Assembly: GCA_947632225.1 (NCBI GenBank)
Contig: CANROM010000002.1
Location: 1-53,904, forward strand
Length of the DNA stretch: 53,904 nt
Direction: 5' to 3'
Source of the DNA: an uncultured Clostridia bacterium
Lineage (GTDB): Bacteria > Bacillota > Clostridia > TANB77 > CAG-465
In this document: positions 30,402-43,736 of the stretch, piece after piece
Layout: each line of letters opens with the position of its first letter
How positions within the stretch are numbered: the stretch's first letter is position 1
The notes under the pieces: model-generated
Told to the model about the DNA's origin: nothing
What the model saw: only the letters and a program-made list of their open reading frames with translations
The model's database searches: none
Made by a program: the position numbers and the translations under genes

Positions 30402-31022
30402 CTAATTAAATAATTCATCAACTTCTGCTTCAGTGATTTCAACTAAATCGGTGTCTTTAAGATAGCCAGTTAAATCTACTTCAGTAGTTCCTAGTAATTC
30501 AAATTTATCTGTTACCCAAATGTACTCATCATATATATTTTTACCACTTCCACTATTTGAAACCAAATATATTGTTCCTGCCTCTCCTGATTGTGGTAAT
30601 GCAGTTACTACTGAATATTTAATTCCTTGTATTCCCTTAATAGCACTAGCTATTGCACTACTAACTTGCGCTGATGTTTGATAACCTTTTTTAGATATTG
30701 TACTTTCAACTTCTGCAGCTGTTTGATAACCCTTCTCAGTTATGGCTTCTTCAACTTCTGCAGCTGTTTGAAATTCAGAAGTATCTGGAATTTCAATATT
30801 CACTTTCTTATTACCTATCGGTAAATCACTACCGTTAACACTGATAGTGTCTATTTTATTTACTTCTGCACCATCTTTTATTCCTTTTAATTTTGTTTCA
30901 TATGCTGTAGTAAAGTCTACAGTGGATAACCCTTTGCCATCTACTTTTTCTACTTTACTATTTATCATTTCTTTTAATAAATCTACTAAATGTTTTAAGC
31001 CTTCTAAATTTAAATATTTCAT
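30402..31022 (-). CDS. Tail fibre protein with internal tandem repeats
   Basis: GKGLSTVDFT motif. Three repeats of YQTAAEVExxIxxKG, with a 22-nt perfect DNA repeat at 30705-30726 and 30750-30771. C-terminal ITEAEVDELFN. Confidence 0.65.
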   Translation of the reverse strand: MKYLNLEGLKHLVDLLKEMINSKVEKVDGKGLSTVDFTTAYETKLKGIKDGAEVNKIDTISVNGSDLPIGNKKVNIEIPDTSEFQTAAEVEEAITEKGYQTAAEVESTISKKGYQTSAQVSSAIASAIKGIQGIKYSVVTALPQSGEAGTIYLVSNSGSGKNIYDEYIWVTDKFELLGTTEVDLTGYLKDTDLVEITEAEVDELFN

Positions 31023-31034
31023 AACTTTTCCTCC

Positions 31035-31709
31035 TTAATTAAATATTTCATCTATTTCTGTATTAGTAATGAACATATTCTCTAATTCGTTTTTACTATA
31101 AAAGTTTGTTGTGTCAAAATTTGCCCACTCACTCCAGTCAACTTGTTCATAATTTTTTGTTCTTATAAAAATATTGTTAATATTATTTAAAGTACTAGGT
31201 ATTAAAATTTGAGTAAAAAATTCTTCACCACTTTTTAAAACTTGCATATAAAAACTACCTATATTTTTTCCTTGTGGTAATCCTAGGACTTTATTTTCAA
31301 CATTTCCGTAATAATATCCTATTTTTTCATTACCATAGTAGTCATCTAAATTTTCTATTGTTAATAATGTAGCATTAAGCCCATTAGTTCCCTTTGGTCC
31401 TTCCGGTCCCATTATATTAACAGGCTCTGGGTTTGGTAAATTTCCATCATTTTGCCATGATATGACACCTTCTTCTGACACTGTTGGTGTAAAGGTAAAG
31501 CCTCTTTTTGTATCTCCAATTTTTTCTAACTTTTCTTTATCTTCGTTTGTGTAATCATTTGTTGATAAGCCTTTTCCTAGTATTGCAATAACCCTACGAC
31601 TTAATTCGGTATCTACTATATCCATATTCATGTTATTTATTTCATCTACATCATAATTTTCTGATTTATACGGTTTTATTAAATTATAATTATTTGTATA
31701 GTCAGGCAT
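31035..31709 (-). CDS. Tail fibre protein with a short collagen-like run
   Basis: GKGLSTNDYTNEDKEKL motif; GPEGPKGTNG; C-terminal ITNTEIDEIFN. Confidence 0.65.
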   Translation of the reverse strand: MPDYTNNYNLIKPYKSENYDVDEINNMNMDIVDTELSRRVIAILGKGLSTNDYTNEDKEKLEKIGDTKRGFTFTPTVSEEGVISWQNDGNLPNPEPVNIMGPEGPKGTNGLNATLLTIENLDDYYGNEKIGYYYGNVENKVLGLPQGKNIGSFYMQVLKSGEEFFTQILIPSTLNNINNIFIRTKNYEQVDWSEWANFDTTNFYSKNELENMFITNTEIDEIFN

Positions 31710-31721
31710 TTAGACACCCCC

Positions 31722-32810
31722 TTACATACATCTTTTTAGTATACCATTTTCTTTTACAAACACTACCGCTCTCTTTACTGTACCATTTACCTTAATAAAA
31801 ACTTCAGCTCTTTTTGTCATACCATTTATTTTTATCCATGATGTTTTCGCCTCACCAGTTAAGAGCATGTTTTTTTCTAACTTATCTATATATGTTACTA
31901 AATTACATACCGTTTGTAATCTGTATTCAACGTTAATAGTATCACTATTGACTGGATATTTTTCATATAATTTATCCAATTCATTTTGTGTAAATGTTAA
32001 ATTATAATCATCGCTTATATTTTCTCTAGAGGCAACTAGTGTATTGTTTATATACACTTGTAAATCATTTTTTATTTTACTTTCGTTAATTTTTGTAATA
32101 TTAACATCACTTCCAAAATTGGAAGAAGTAATATTACTAAATTTTGCATAGTCATAAGTTTTAATTGTTATCTCATTGCTTTCTGACCAAAGTTGACTAT
32201 CTGTTCTCCTAACTCTTACCTTTATTTTATACGTAGTATTTGGATTTAAATCCGATATTTTAATATAACCACTTCTGTTATTAGAAGCTACAGAGTCATT
32301 TGAATCAGTCCACTCTCCACCATTTATCTTATGTTGTGTATAATCTCTTGCGTCTGCAGATTTCCAATCAACAAAAATGCTATTTATGTCTTTGCTTCTT
32401 TCTGAAATTGTAACGGTTGTATATCTATCTATTTTTTCTAATTCCCACGTGCCATCTCCATTTGCATCTCCATAATCAATAAGCCATCCTTTAATACTAA
32501 TACTAAAAGTTTTCCTTCCATCACTATTATGATATATAGTTTTTGTACCACTAGTTATTTGATGGTCGCCTGCTCCTTGTATGTTAGAAAGCGTAGCATT
32601 ATACACTACTTCTCCATCAATAGTTAAACTGTTAATTCTAATAGCATTTGTATACCACGCATCCCAACCGTTATTACTTCCACAATTTAAGCCAAGTTGC
32701 CAATTTATAACAGTATAATTTTCACTTGTACTTTGTCTTGCTTGTTGCCAATCACAATAAAAAAAAGAATGCTTTAATGTATTTGTTGTTGCTCTTCCAT
32801 TTGTTGCCAT
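31722..32810 (-). CDS. Tail fibre/receptor-binding associated protein (DUF859-like, FN3-like segment)
   Basis: 362 aa; N-terminus FFYCDWQQARQSTSENYTVINWQL; the central segment ...TTYKIKVRVRRTDSQLWSES resembles FN3. Confidence 0.5.
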   Translation of the reverse strand: MATNGRATTNTLKHSFFYCDWQQARQSTSENYTVINWQLGLNCGSNNGWDAWYTNAIRINSLTIDGEVVYNATLSNIQGAGDHQITSGTKTIYHNSDGRKTFSISIKGWLIDYGDANGDGTWELEKIDRYTTVTISERSKDINSIFVDWKSADARDYTQHKINGGEWTDSNDSVASNNRSGYIKISDLNPNTTYKIKVRVRRTDSQLWSESNEITIKTYDYAKFSNITSSNFGSDVNITKINESKIKNDLQVYINNTLVASRENISDDYNLTFTQNELDKLYEKYPVNSDTINVEYRLQTVCNLVTYIDKLEKNMLLTGEAKTSWIKINGMTKRAEVFIKVNGTVKRAVVFVKENGILKRCM

Positions 32811-32822
32811 ATTCTACACCTC

Positions 32823-33725
32823 CTAGTTAAAATATCTAAGGAAAATATCCCCCTCTGATAATTCACTTGGTATAGGATTTGAACTTCCTTTTTTTATATT
32901 ATTTTGCTTGTTTTCATTTAAAAATTTACCCATATTCGCCGACAATGCAGATGTTATAGATGTACTTTCAAGATTATTTATAATGTTGGTATTTGACAAA
33001 CTATCTACTTTGTTTTTATAGTCATTGGTAAAATCATTTGTAGATAAACTTCTACCATCTTTATCTTTTATAGTTCCTTTTAAAACGATGTCTTGGTCTT
33101 TTCTCACTAATTCATTAGTTACAGTATCTATATACTCTTGAAATTTTTGGTACAATTCTTCGCCATCTACACTTATTAGTGAATTGACAATACCACACAA
33201 CTCTTTATTCATTCTAGTATCTTTTATATTTTCTTCTTGAATGTTTGAGTCACTGCTAACTGTTATCTCAGCAACACATATTTCGTATATATTTGTATCT
33301 CTTTGTAAATCTGCTGGTTTACTATTATCTCCTTCTTTAATATACAATTTAGTTGCTCTAATACTAAGAGAATTGTTTAATTGTACTACGACTCTGTCAA
33401 TTCTTTTTGAAGATGCTGGTCTGCTTAATGTAAAAATTCGATCTTCTCCATTTTCAAAGTCAACACCTTCAATTAGTCCAGCGCCAGTGGCGACTTTAAT
33501 ATTCATGCCACCTTCTAAACTTACTTTCATAGAGTTTTCTTTATAGTTGTTATATTCTCCAAAATATACACCATTGCTTAAAAATTTTTTAAAATAATTA
33601 GCAAAAACTTTAGCTTCATATTCTCTATCTGCTACCATTTGTCCAGTATCTTCATCTAATACATCCATACTATCAAATGGAAAACTATTTAAAACAATTT
33701 CTTCCATAACATTTTCCTTTCCCAT
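32823..33725 (-). CDS. Baseplate/tail fibre protein
   Basis: 300 aa. It carries the shared DGRSLSTNDFTNDYKNKV motif and lies downstream of Tal. Confidence 0.55.
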   Translation of the reverse strand: MGKENVMEEIVLNSFPFDSMDVLDEDTGQMVADREYEAKVFANYFKKFLSNGVYFGEYNNYKENSMKVSLEGGMNIKVATGAGLIEGVDFENGEDRIFTLSRPASSKRIDRVVVQLNNSLSIRATKLYIKEGDNSKPADLQRDTNIYEICVAEITVSSDSNIQEENIKDTRMNKELCGIVNSLISVDGEELYQKFQEYIDTVTNELVRKDQDIVLKGTIKDKDGRSLSTNDFTNDYKNKVDSLSNTNIINNLESTSITSALSANMGKFLNENKQNNIKKGSSNPIPSELSEGDIFLRYFN

Positions 33726-33777
33726 AAAATAGGGTGTTTAACTTAATCTTAAACACCTATCTTATGCCTTTATATAT

Positions 33778-34959
33778 TTATGATATTGGTCTTTGTGTCA
33801 TCTTTTTTATTTGTTCAGCCAAACTTGGAACTTTATCTCCAAAGCCCAACTCAACAGTTATATTATTTCTCTCATAAATCTCTTTAGCTTGTATAATTCT
33901 TTTATCCTCATATATGCCATCTGTTTCTAATGTTACAATGTCACCAAGGAAAAAATCCTTGTCATATTCCATATTTGGAATTTGATAAATTTTACCCTCA
34001 ATACTTTTTATTTCATTATAAGTATCTAACTTTTTCTGCCCTTCTTGTCTTAATTCGTCCGGGTCCTCTATATTATTTAAGTCAATATATACCTCTCTTC
34101 TTTCAAAACCTACAGTGTCGCCTATAACAGTAATCAATCTATCCTCATTTTCACCTTTTCCCGCACAGTAACCAACATTTTTTAAATTGGTGTTATCATC
34201 TGTAGTTTTGCCATCAAACAAATTTTTTTTCTTTTCTGAAAATATAATATATGGCACTTTCCTATTGCCCTCTAACGCACTATGTGTATATGGCTCTAAT
34301 TCCTCATGCTTATATTTTTCTAAAATAGCATGGGTGTTTCCTTCGTCTAGTTGATGAATTGAACGGTCTTTACCTTCATAGCAGTCAAAATCTATACATT
34401 TATCATTTCTATTGAGTATGCCTTTCCATCCAACACCTGTATCGGTAGAAATATGGGTAACTTCATCATGTAAATTAGTCAATCTAGCTTGCCAAACTGT
34501 TTTTATTCCTCTGTTTTGCGTTGGAGCAATTCTAATCCATGATATATCCCTTTCCGGTGTCCTTATATCATCATAATAAGCTTCTATAATATGCTTTTTT
34601 AAATAATGCTTCATCACATTTTCAGCTTCTGTCTCATTTACTCTATCATAACCATTAGTAGCTATTATTCTTCTTTTGGTAACTCCTTTAATACAAGTGC
34701 CTGATACTTTCATCGTTTTACTGTTTTTGTTTGTCGTAGTAACTACTTTTTCTATTATTAAAACTTTTTCATCATTTTTATTTACTATTATTAAATTATC
34801 TTTTTTTAATTTATCTGTATTGGTTTTATTTTTGTTAATAGTCAATTCAAATGTACCACATTCATTATAATTCCAAATACATTGCAAGCTTTCAAAATTA
34901 GTTATTATTCCTAGCAATTCAAATTTAGTGTTTATAACTTCTATACAATAATTTTTCAT
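33778..34959 (-). CDS. Tail-associated protein (Tal / prophage tail endopeptidase-like)
   Basis: 393 aa, immediately after Dit in the canonical TMP-Dit-Tal order. Confidence 0.6.
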   Translation of the reverse strand: MKNYCIEVINTKFELLGIITNFESLQCIWNYNECGTFELTINKNKTNTDKLKKDNLIIVNKNDEKVLIIEKVVTTTNKNSKTMKVSGTCIKGVTKRRIIATNGYDRVNETEAENVMKHYLKKHIIEAYYDDIRTPERDISWIRIAPTQNRGIKTVWQARLTNLHDEVTHISTDTGVGWKGILNRNDKCIDFDCYEGKDRSIHQLDEGNTHAILEKYKHEELEPYTHSALEGNRKVPYIIFSEKKKNLFDGKTTDDNTNLKNVGYCAGKGENEDRLITVIGDTVGFERREVYIDLNNIEDPDELRQEGQKKLDTYNEIKSIEGKIYQIPNMEYDKDFFLGDIVTLETDGIYEDKRIIQAKEIYERNNITVELGFGDKVPSLAEQIKKMTQRPIS

Positions 34960-34960
34960 G

Positions 34961-39203
<4,243 letters not shown>

Positions 39204-39225
39204 TTTTTCACCTTCTTTCAGGCAT

Positions 39226-39251
39226 AAAAATACACCAGAATAATCTGGTGT
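39226..39251 (-). terminator. Hairpin terminator between the zinc-ribbon moron and the tape measure gene
   Basis: 8-bp stem acaccaga/tctggtgt (39232-39239 / 39244-39251) with T-runs on both strands. Confidence 0.55.
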
Positions 39252-39262
39252 TAAGGTTTTTT

Positions 39263-39565
39263 TTATTTATTATATATATCAACGACTGTTTTTAACAAAA
39301 GATATAGCGTATATCCCGTAATGGCAACTATTATTCCTAACAATATCCTAAAGAAATCAAATTCATTTGTATAGTCCTTTATTGCACTTATAAAAATAAA
39401 AACGGAACTTATTAGCATTATAAATAAATTTATGTTAGCAATAATATTTAACCTTTGAGCATTTGTTGTATTTTTCTGCTTTTTACTTTCTTCTTCAGTA
39501 TAGCCACAAAATGGACATTTTTCATCTAATTCTGATATTTCTTTGCCACACTTTTCACATTTCAT
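39263..39565 (-). CDS. Zinc-ribbon membrane protein (moron inside the tail operon)
   Basis: MKCEKCGKE...CPFCGY, then two TM helices (IIANINLFIMLISSVFIFISAI and ILLGIIVAITGYTLYLLL). The start is taken at the ATG 8 nt after aggggtg. Confidence 0.65.
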   Translation of the reverse strand: MKCEKCGKEISELDEKCPFCGYTEEESKKQKNTTNAQRLNIIANINLFIMLISSVFIFISAIKDYTNEFDFFRILLGIIVAITGYTLYLLLKTVVDIYNK

Positions 39566-39615
39566 ATACATCACCCCTAATAAGATGATACATTAAAATT
39601 TGTAATATATCAATA

Positions 39616-40184
39616 CTAAAATTCTTCCGCAGATACTACTTGTTCATCCGAATTTTGTATTTTGTTTAATTCAGCAAACTCGTTCATAATTATAGGAATT
39701 TCATCTATATAATAATCTTCAAAAAATTCTTTTTTAGATATGCCTATTTTAACACAGATTGCGATTGTGCGCTGAAGCCAATTAGTTCTGTCAATTTCTT
39801 CACTACTGGCTTCATTTGGTTGAAAAAATTTTCTAAGTTATTAACCTCCCAAAACACTTTACATACTTCTATTAACTCGCTTGGTGTTAAAGAATCTCTT
39901 AAATAATCTTCTTTTACATCAAATAATTTACTTAAAAATTTAAACATAAAATTTGGTGTTATAATTGCTAATTGTGCTATAAGATTTAAAAGATTTTCTA
40001 GTTGAAATACATCCGATAGCTTAAATTCAACACCTTTAGATACTTCCTTTATAAAATCTGTTGGCAAATTTTTTAATTCTTGTAATGCTTCAAAATATTT
40101 ACCACATGGCATTTTTTTTATTTCAACTCCATGAATTGTTTTGCAAACATTTAAACTTACTGCTTCATTAGTTTTTTTTGGCAT
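39616..40184 (-). CDS. Tail assembly chaperone frameshift product (gpGT-like) via a -1 shift at 39822-39828
   Basis: The -1 frame is open from the slippery site to TAG at 39616-39618. It reads ...QPNEASSEEIDRTNWLQRTIAICVKIGISKKEFFEDYYIDEIPIIMNEFAELNKIQNSDEQVVSAEEF and has no start codon of its own. Confidence 0.65.
39744..40184 (-). CDS. Tail assembly chaperone (gpG-like, zero-frame product)
   Basis: 146 aa, acidic, located between the major tail protein and the tape measure. Confidence 0.75.
   Translation of the reverse strand: MPKKTNEAVSLNVCKTIHGVEIKKMPCGKYFEALQELKNLPTDFIKEVSKGVEFKLSDVFQLENLLNLIAQLAIITPNFMFKFLSKLFDVKEDYLRDSLTPSELIEVCKVFWEVNNLENFFNQMKPVVKKLTELIGFSAQSQSVLK
39822..39828 (-). 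promoter_or_regulatory. Slippery heptamer U UUU UUC for programmed -1 frameshifting
   Basis: The minus strand reads aaT TTT TTC in the zero frame (X XXY YYZ). Confidence 0.6.
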
Positions 40185-40203
40185 ATTTTCCTCCTAATAT
40201 ATA

Positions 40204-40301
40204 AAAAAATAGGAGAGTTCATAAAAATAAAATGTACCCAATGGAATGGACACTAAAAAAAGAGTGTCTTCCATTCGGGTACATTTTATAAAAACTCTCC
40301 T
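40204..40301 (-). terminator. Very long imperfect hairpin plus T-run after the major tail protein gene
   Basis: Arms at 40211-40254 and 40263-40301 pair in blocks of 9, 11, 7 and 6 bp (aggagagtt, aaaatgtaccc, aatggaa, gacact). T7 follows on the minus strand. Confidence 0.6.
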
Positions 40302-40305
40302 TTAA

Positions 40306-40884
40306 TTATTCTCCTGCTGGTGCTTTTGGTACTGTATCTAACCAAACCAAATCAGCAGAGCTTTCGCTATCTTTATAAACTCTAACTTTTGGATCTGTTA
40401 AAAGAGCTCTTTTATAAAATGTTCCACTTATTGTTATTGTAGATATTTGTGTGCCATTATCTTGTGTTTGCAAATCTTGTTTTACCTTTTTAAATTTAGC
40501 CTTATAATATCTAAACATTCTATAATTTCCATCTTTTCTTTTAGCTTTAAAAGTCATAGCATAATCTTTTCCTTGATCATCTGGTCCCCAAGAGTATTCT
40601 TTATTTTCTTCATCATACTTTCCACCTTCAATTATAGAATAAGTTTTCAAATCAGCTTCTGGTATTTGAAGTTCAAAATCTTCACCATCAAAAACTTCTT
40701 CATCATCGTAGATTTCATCATCTGCATAAATTGCTTCATTTGATGATTGTATGTCTCTACTAAGACTTTGTGCGTATGGTATCGAAACAGCCTCTCCTAC
40801 ACTATAATTTGTTTCTGTGTCCTCTTTTATTTCAAAAACCTTTATACCGCTTAATCCTCTTAATGCTTTTCTTACCTTTGGCAT
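40306..40884 (-). CDS. Major tail protein
   Basis: 192 aa, upstream of the chaperone pair; size and position are typical. Confidence 0.7.
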   Translation of the reverse strand: MPKVRKALRGLSGIKVFEIKEDTETNYSVGEAVSIPYAQSLSRDIQSSNEAIYADDEIYDDEEVFDGEDFELQIPEADLKTYSIIEGGKYDEENKEYSWGPDDQGKDYAMTFKAKRKDGNYRMFRYYKAKFKKVKQDLQTQDNGTQISTITISGTFYKRALLTDPKVRVYKDSESSADLVWLDTVPKAPAGE

Positions 40885-40898
40885 ATATATTCCCCCTT

Positions 40899-41252
40899 TT
40901 AATTATCTAATATTTCATTTTTTTCAAAACGCATAGTTTTGTGGTATTTAATAGCACCCTCTTCATACAAATCAAGAGCTAGTGTTCTTTTAAAATCTAG
41001 CTCTTTCATTTTATTATTTACTTTTATTGCTAATTCAGAACATTGACTAGGCGTATCACACCAAATATCAATCTGGATAGCAATATTACTACTATACTCT
41101 TCATCATCAGCTTCACTTGCTTCTGAATTATCAATTTCGTAGTAACTTATTATCTTTTTTCCCTTTGTAAAAGCTTTAGGGTAATAGAAGTAAACCTCAG
41201 CATCTGAAATTTCTTCTAATTTTTCTAATATCTGTGGCTTTAAATTTTTCAT
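40899..41252 (-). CDS. Tail terminator/tail completion protein
   Basis: 117 aa, between the HK97-gp10-like protein and the major tail protein. Confidence 0.5.
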   Translation of the reverse strand: MKNLKPQILEKLEEISDAEVYFYYPKAFTKGKKIISYYEIDNSEASEADDEEYSSNIAIQIDIWCDTPSQCSELAIKVNNKMKELDFKRTLALDLYEEGAIKYHKTMRFEKNEILDN

Positions 41253-41701
41253 TATTTACCACTCTCCAATTTTCTTATATCTTGTTGTAAAGATTTTATT
41301 AGTTCTTGTTCAACTTCACCAGTATTTTTTGCGTGTAAATACGCTGGACTTAAATATGGCTGAGCTTTTTGCCCTTTCCAATCTCTTTTATAAGAAATAC
41401 CATCTGGTCTATCTATATTACTTTCAGCACCTTTTTGTCCGGTTCCAAATTCCACATAAGGAGCATACTCTGTATTTGTAAATACTTGTGCTTTTACACC
41501 ATCTGCTATAATTTCTGATGATGTTTTTATTGAATTACGAAGATGTCCTGTGTCAACAGGTGTTAAAAGTTTTGCATTTTTTTGTATTTTTTTTGCGCCT
41601 CTTTCTAAACCTTTCCTTGCACTTTCATTTATATTTGCACCAAAAGAAGACAAAGATGTTAATATTTCTTCTAATCCTTTTATTTCCGACAATTTTATCA
41701 A
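41252..41701 (-). CDS. HK97 gp10-family head-tail joining protein
   Basis: VDTGHLRNSI motif; 149 aa. Confidence 0.7.
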   Translation of the reverse strand: MIKLSEIKGLEEILTSLSSFGANINESARKGLERGAKKIQKNAKLLTPVDTGHLRNSIKTSSEIIADGVKAQVFTNTEYAPYVEFGTGQKGAESNIDRPDGISYKRDWKGQKAQPYLSPAYLHAKNTGEVEQELIKSLQQDIRKLESGK

Positions 41702-42036
41702 TCTCCTAACACTAAAAGAGTAGTATGACTATCTGATATAACTTTATTTTTTATTTCATAGTCTTTGTTTTTATATACTGCAATATTGCCTATCTCACCT
41801 ATTGTATTATCACAAGTTATGATAGCATTTGCCTCTATGTCAATTCCATACTCTTTTTGTATATATTCTCTAGTGCTTAATTGAAAGTTACCTTTAAAAG
41901 TATCTATTTTTTCTTTTTTACCATTTCCAATGACAGCACCTTCATTATCTTTAATAACAGCAGTTGTATAAATTTCTATTTCTTTATCATAAAAAGTATT
42001 GGCTATAATATTCCTAAATTGTTCTGGAATTTTCAT
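41698..42036 (-). CDS. Head closure/head-tail adaptor protein
   Basis: 112 aa; assigned by position; 4-nt overlap with the next gene. Confidence 0.5.
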   Translation of the reverse strand: MKIPEQFRNIIANTFYDKEIEIYTTAVIKDNEGAVIGNGKKEKIDTFKGNFQLSTREYIQKEYGIDIEANAIITCDNTIGEIGNIAVYKNKDYEIKNKVISDSHTTLLVLGD

Positions 42037-42037
42037 A

Positions 42038-42391
42038 TTACCACCTTAGCTTTCTATATGCTACTAATGTAGTTAAATTTCTTTCTAAAAACTCATCTAC
42101 ATTACTAGACATTGCTCCTACACCACCAACATTTTTAAAGTTTACAGTCTGCCCGTTGTCAGATGCACTAGTAACTTCTAAATTGCTATTTCCAATGCCA
42201 TTTTTATTAAGATTGTATTGTTCAATTAAAAACTCTTGTATAAGTGTATTTAAATTCTGTGGTATGCTTTTTATATGACAAAAATCCAAAATTTTATTGC
42301 TTATACTTTTTTCGCAAAACTCTAAAAATTTATCAAAACTCTCATTTTTAATACCTAATATATCTTTTATCATAGTAATATTTTCTGACAT
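42038..42391 (-). CDS. Head-tail connector (gp6-like)
   Basis: 117 aa; assigned by position after the capsid module. Confidence 0.5.
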   Translation of the reverse strand: MSENITMIKDILGIKNESFDKFLEFCEKSISNKILDFCHIKSIPQNLNTLIQEFLIEQYNLNKNGIGNSNLEVTSASDNGQTVNFKNVGGVGAMSSNVDEFLERNLTTLVAYRKLRW

Positions 42392-42413
42392 AGTATTCCC
42401 TCAACTTTTATTA

Positions 42414-42794
42414 TTAAACCTTTTCTTTAAGCGTTAAATCAACTAGTTTAAGTGTTTTACTTTCCTTGCCATCGCTAGTAATCTCAATAGTATTGTCAGC
42501 ATTATGTATTTGAAATACTATTAAGCCATCACTATTATCTACTGCAATAGGTTTCTTAACTTTTGCCCCTGTTCCTTTTAGCTCACATTTAATTGTACCT
42601 TTTGGCTTTTCTTTTGCTTCTTCAAAGTACAATGGTAAAAAATTTCCACTATTATCTGTTTTTGAAAATTCAGTCCAATTCTCAACATATTTTAGTGAAC
42701 CTTTAACATTATCATCTTCAATGCTTAAGTTTTCACATAAATCTTGAACTGTTTTTTCTCCTAATAATTGTGTTTCATTACTTGGAATTGCCAC
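42414..42794 (-). CDS. Hypothetical head-associated protein (possible decoration protein)
   Basis: 126-aa beta-rich ORF directly after the major capsid gene. Confidence 0.45.
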   Translation of the reverse strand: MAIPSNETQLLGEKTVQDLCENLSIEDDNVKGSLKYVENWTEFSKTDNSGNFLPLYFEEAKEKPKGTIKCELKGTGAKVKKPIAVDNSDGLIVFQIHNADNTIEITSDGKESKTLKLVDLTLKEKV

Positions 42795-42810
42795 TTTTAA
42801 TGTGGCTGGA

Positions 42811-43689
42811 CTAGGGTTTAGGTACTACTGCACAGAAAGCTTCGTCTTTAATTGGCAAATATCCAAGTCTCATTGTAGCTTTAACTGCTATCATATCCTG
42901 CTCAGCTAGAGATAATGGTTTTCCATCAGTCCACTCTGTTCCCTCTAATGTAGCTTCTTTTAATATTTCATATTCAATACCTTCTCTTATGCCTACTAAA
43001 GATTTATCCCAATCTCCACCAAATAGTTCAGCTTTTGTCTTATCCCAAGATCCATTTCTACTAAATTCAATAGGTAATCCGTATAATTCTTTACCATTAA
43101 CACCATCAACATATAATTGATTGCCATTTCCATCTCTTAGTTTTCTTAAAGAATTTTTAATTCCAACTTTAGCAGCGAAGCCATTTACATCATATCCTGC
43201 CTCTTCTACTAATGCCATTGCATCAGAAACATCTAAATCTAAAGTTTTGTTTGTTTCAATTTCTACTTTATTTTCTGCTGTTTCTATACAATTCATAATA
43301 TTTTTAGCAAATGGTGAATTTGTTCCAAAGAAACCTGCTGCATCTATGGCTTTGTAAAAAGCTTCTGCTATTGGTTCTTTTAATTCTTCAAATACCTCTA
43401 TTGTAGTATCATTTAATTTTTCTTTAGTTACAGGTATAATTACAGCTAGTTTTTTAGCCTTTAATTCTGGATAAATCCATCCCGCTTTAGATGTTTTTAT
43501 TCTTTCTCCTTCTCCTACCCAGTATGCTCCAGGTCCTTCTGTCATAACTGGTATTTTTTTTGTATCACTTTCCATTTTTGATACTTTTGATAATTTTAAT
43601 AGACTAGATCCTCTTGCTACATCTTTCATTATTTCTGTAGCTTGTTCTACTGGTACAAAGCCTTGTAATTCATCTTTTAAATATCCCAT
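42811..43689 (-). CDS. Major capsid protein (HK97 fold, no delta domain)
   Basis: 292 aa; VPVEQATEIMKDVARGSSLLKL...PVMTEGPGAYWVGEGE pattern; preceded by a separate scaffold gene. Confidence 0.8.
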   Translation of the reverse strand: MGYLKDELQGFVPVEQATEIMKDVARGSSLLKLSKVSKMESDTKKIPVMTEGPGAYWVGEGERIKTSKAGWIYPELKAKKLAVIIPVTKEKLNDTTIEVFEELKEPIAEAFYKAIDAAGFFGTNSPFAKNIMNCIETAENKVEIETNKTLDLDVSDAMALVEEAGYDVNGFAAKVGIKNSLRKLRDGNGNQLYVDGVNGKELYGLPIEFSRNGSWDKTKAELFGGDWDKSLVGIREGIEYEILKEATLEGTEWTDGKPLSLAEQDMIAVKATMRLGYLPIKDEAFCAVVPKP

Positions 43690-43736
43690 TTTTTCTCCTC
43701 CTTAAATTAACATAAAAAAAGACATATTACTATGCC

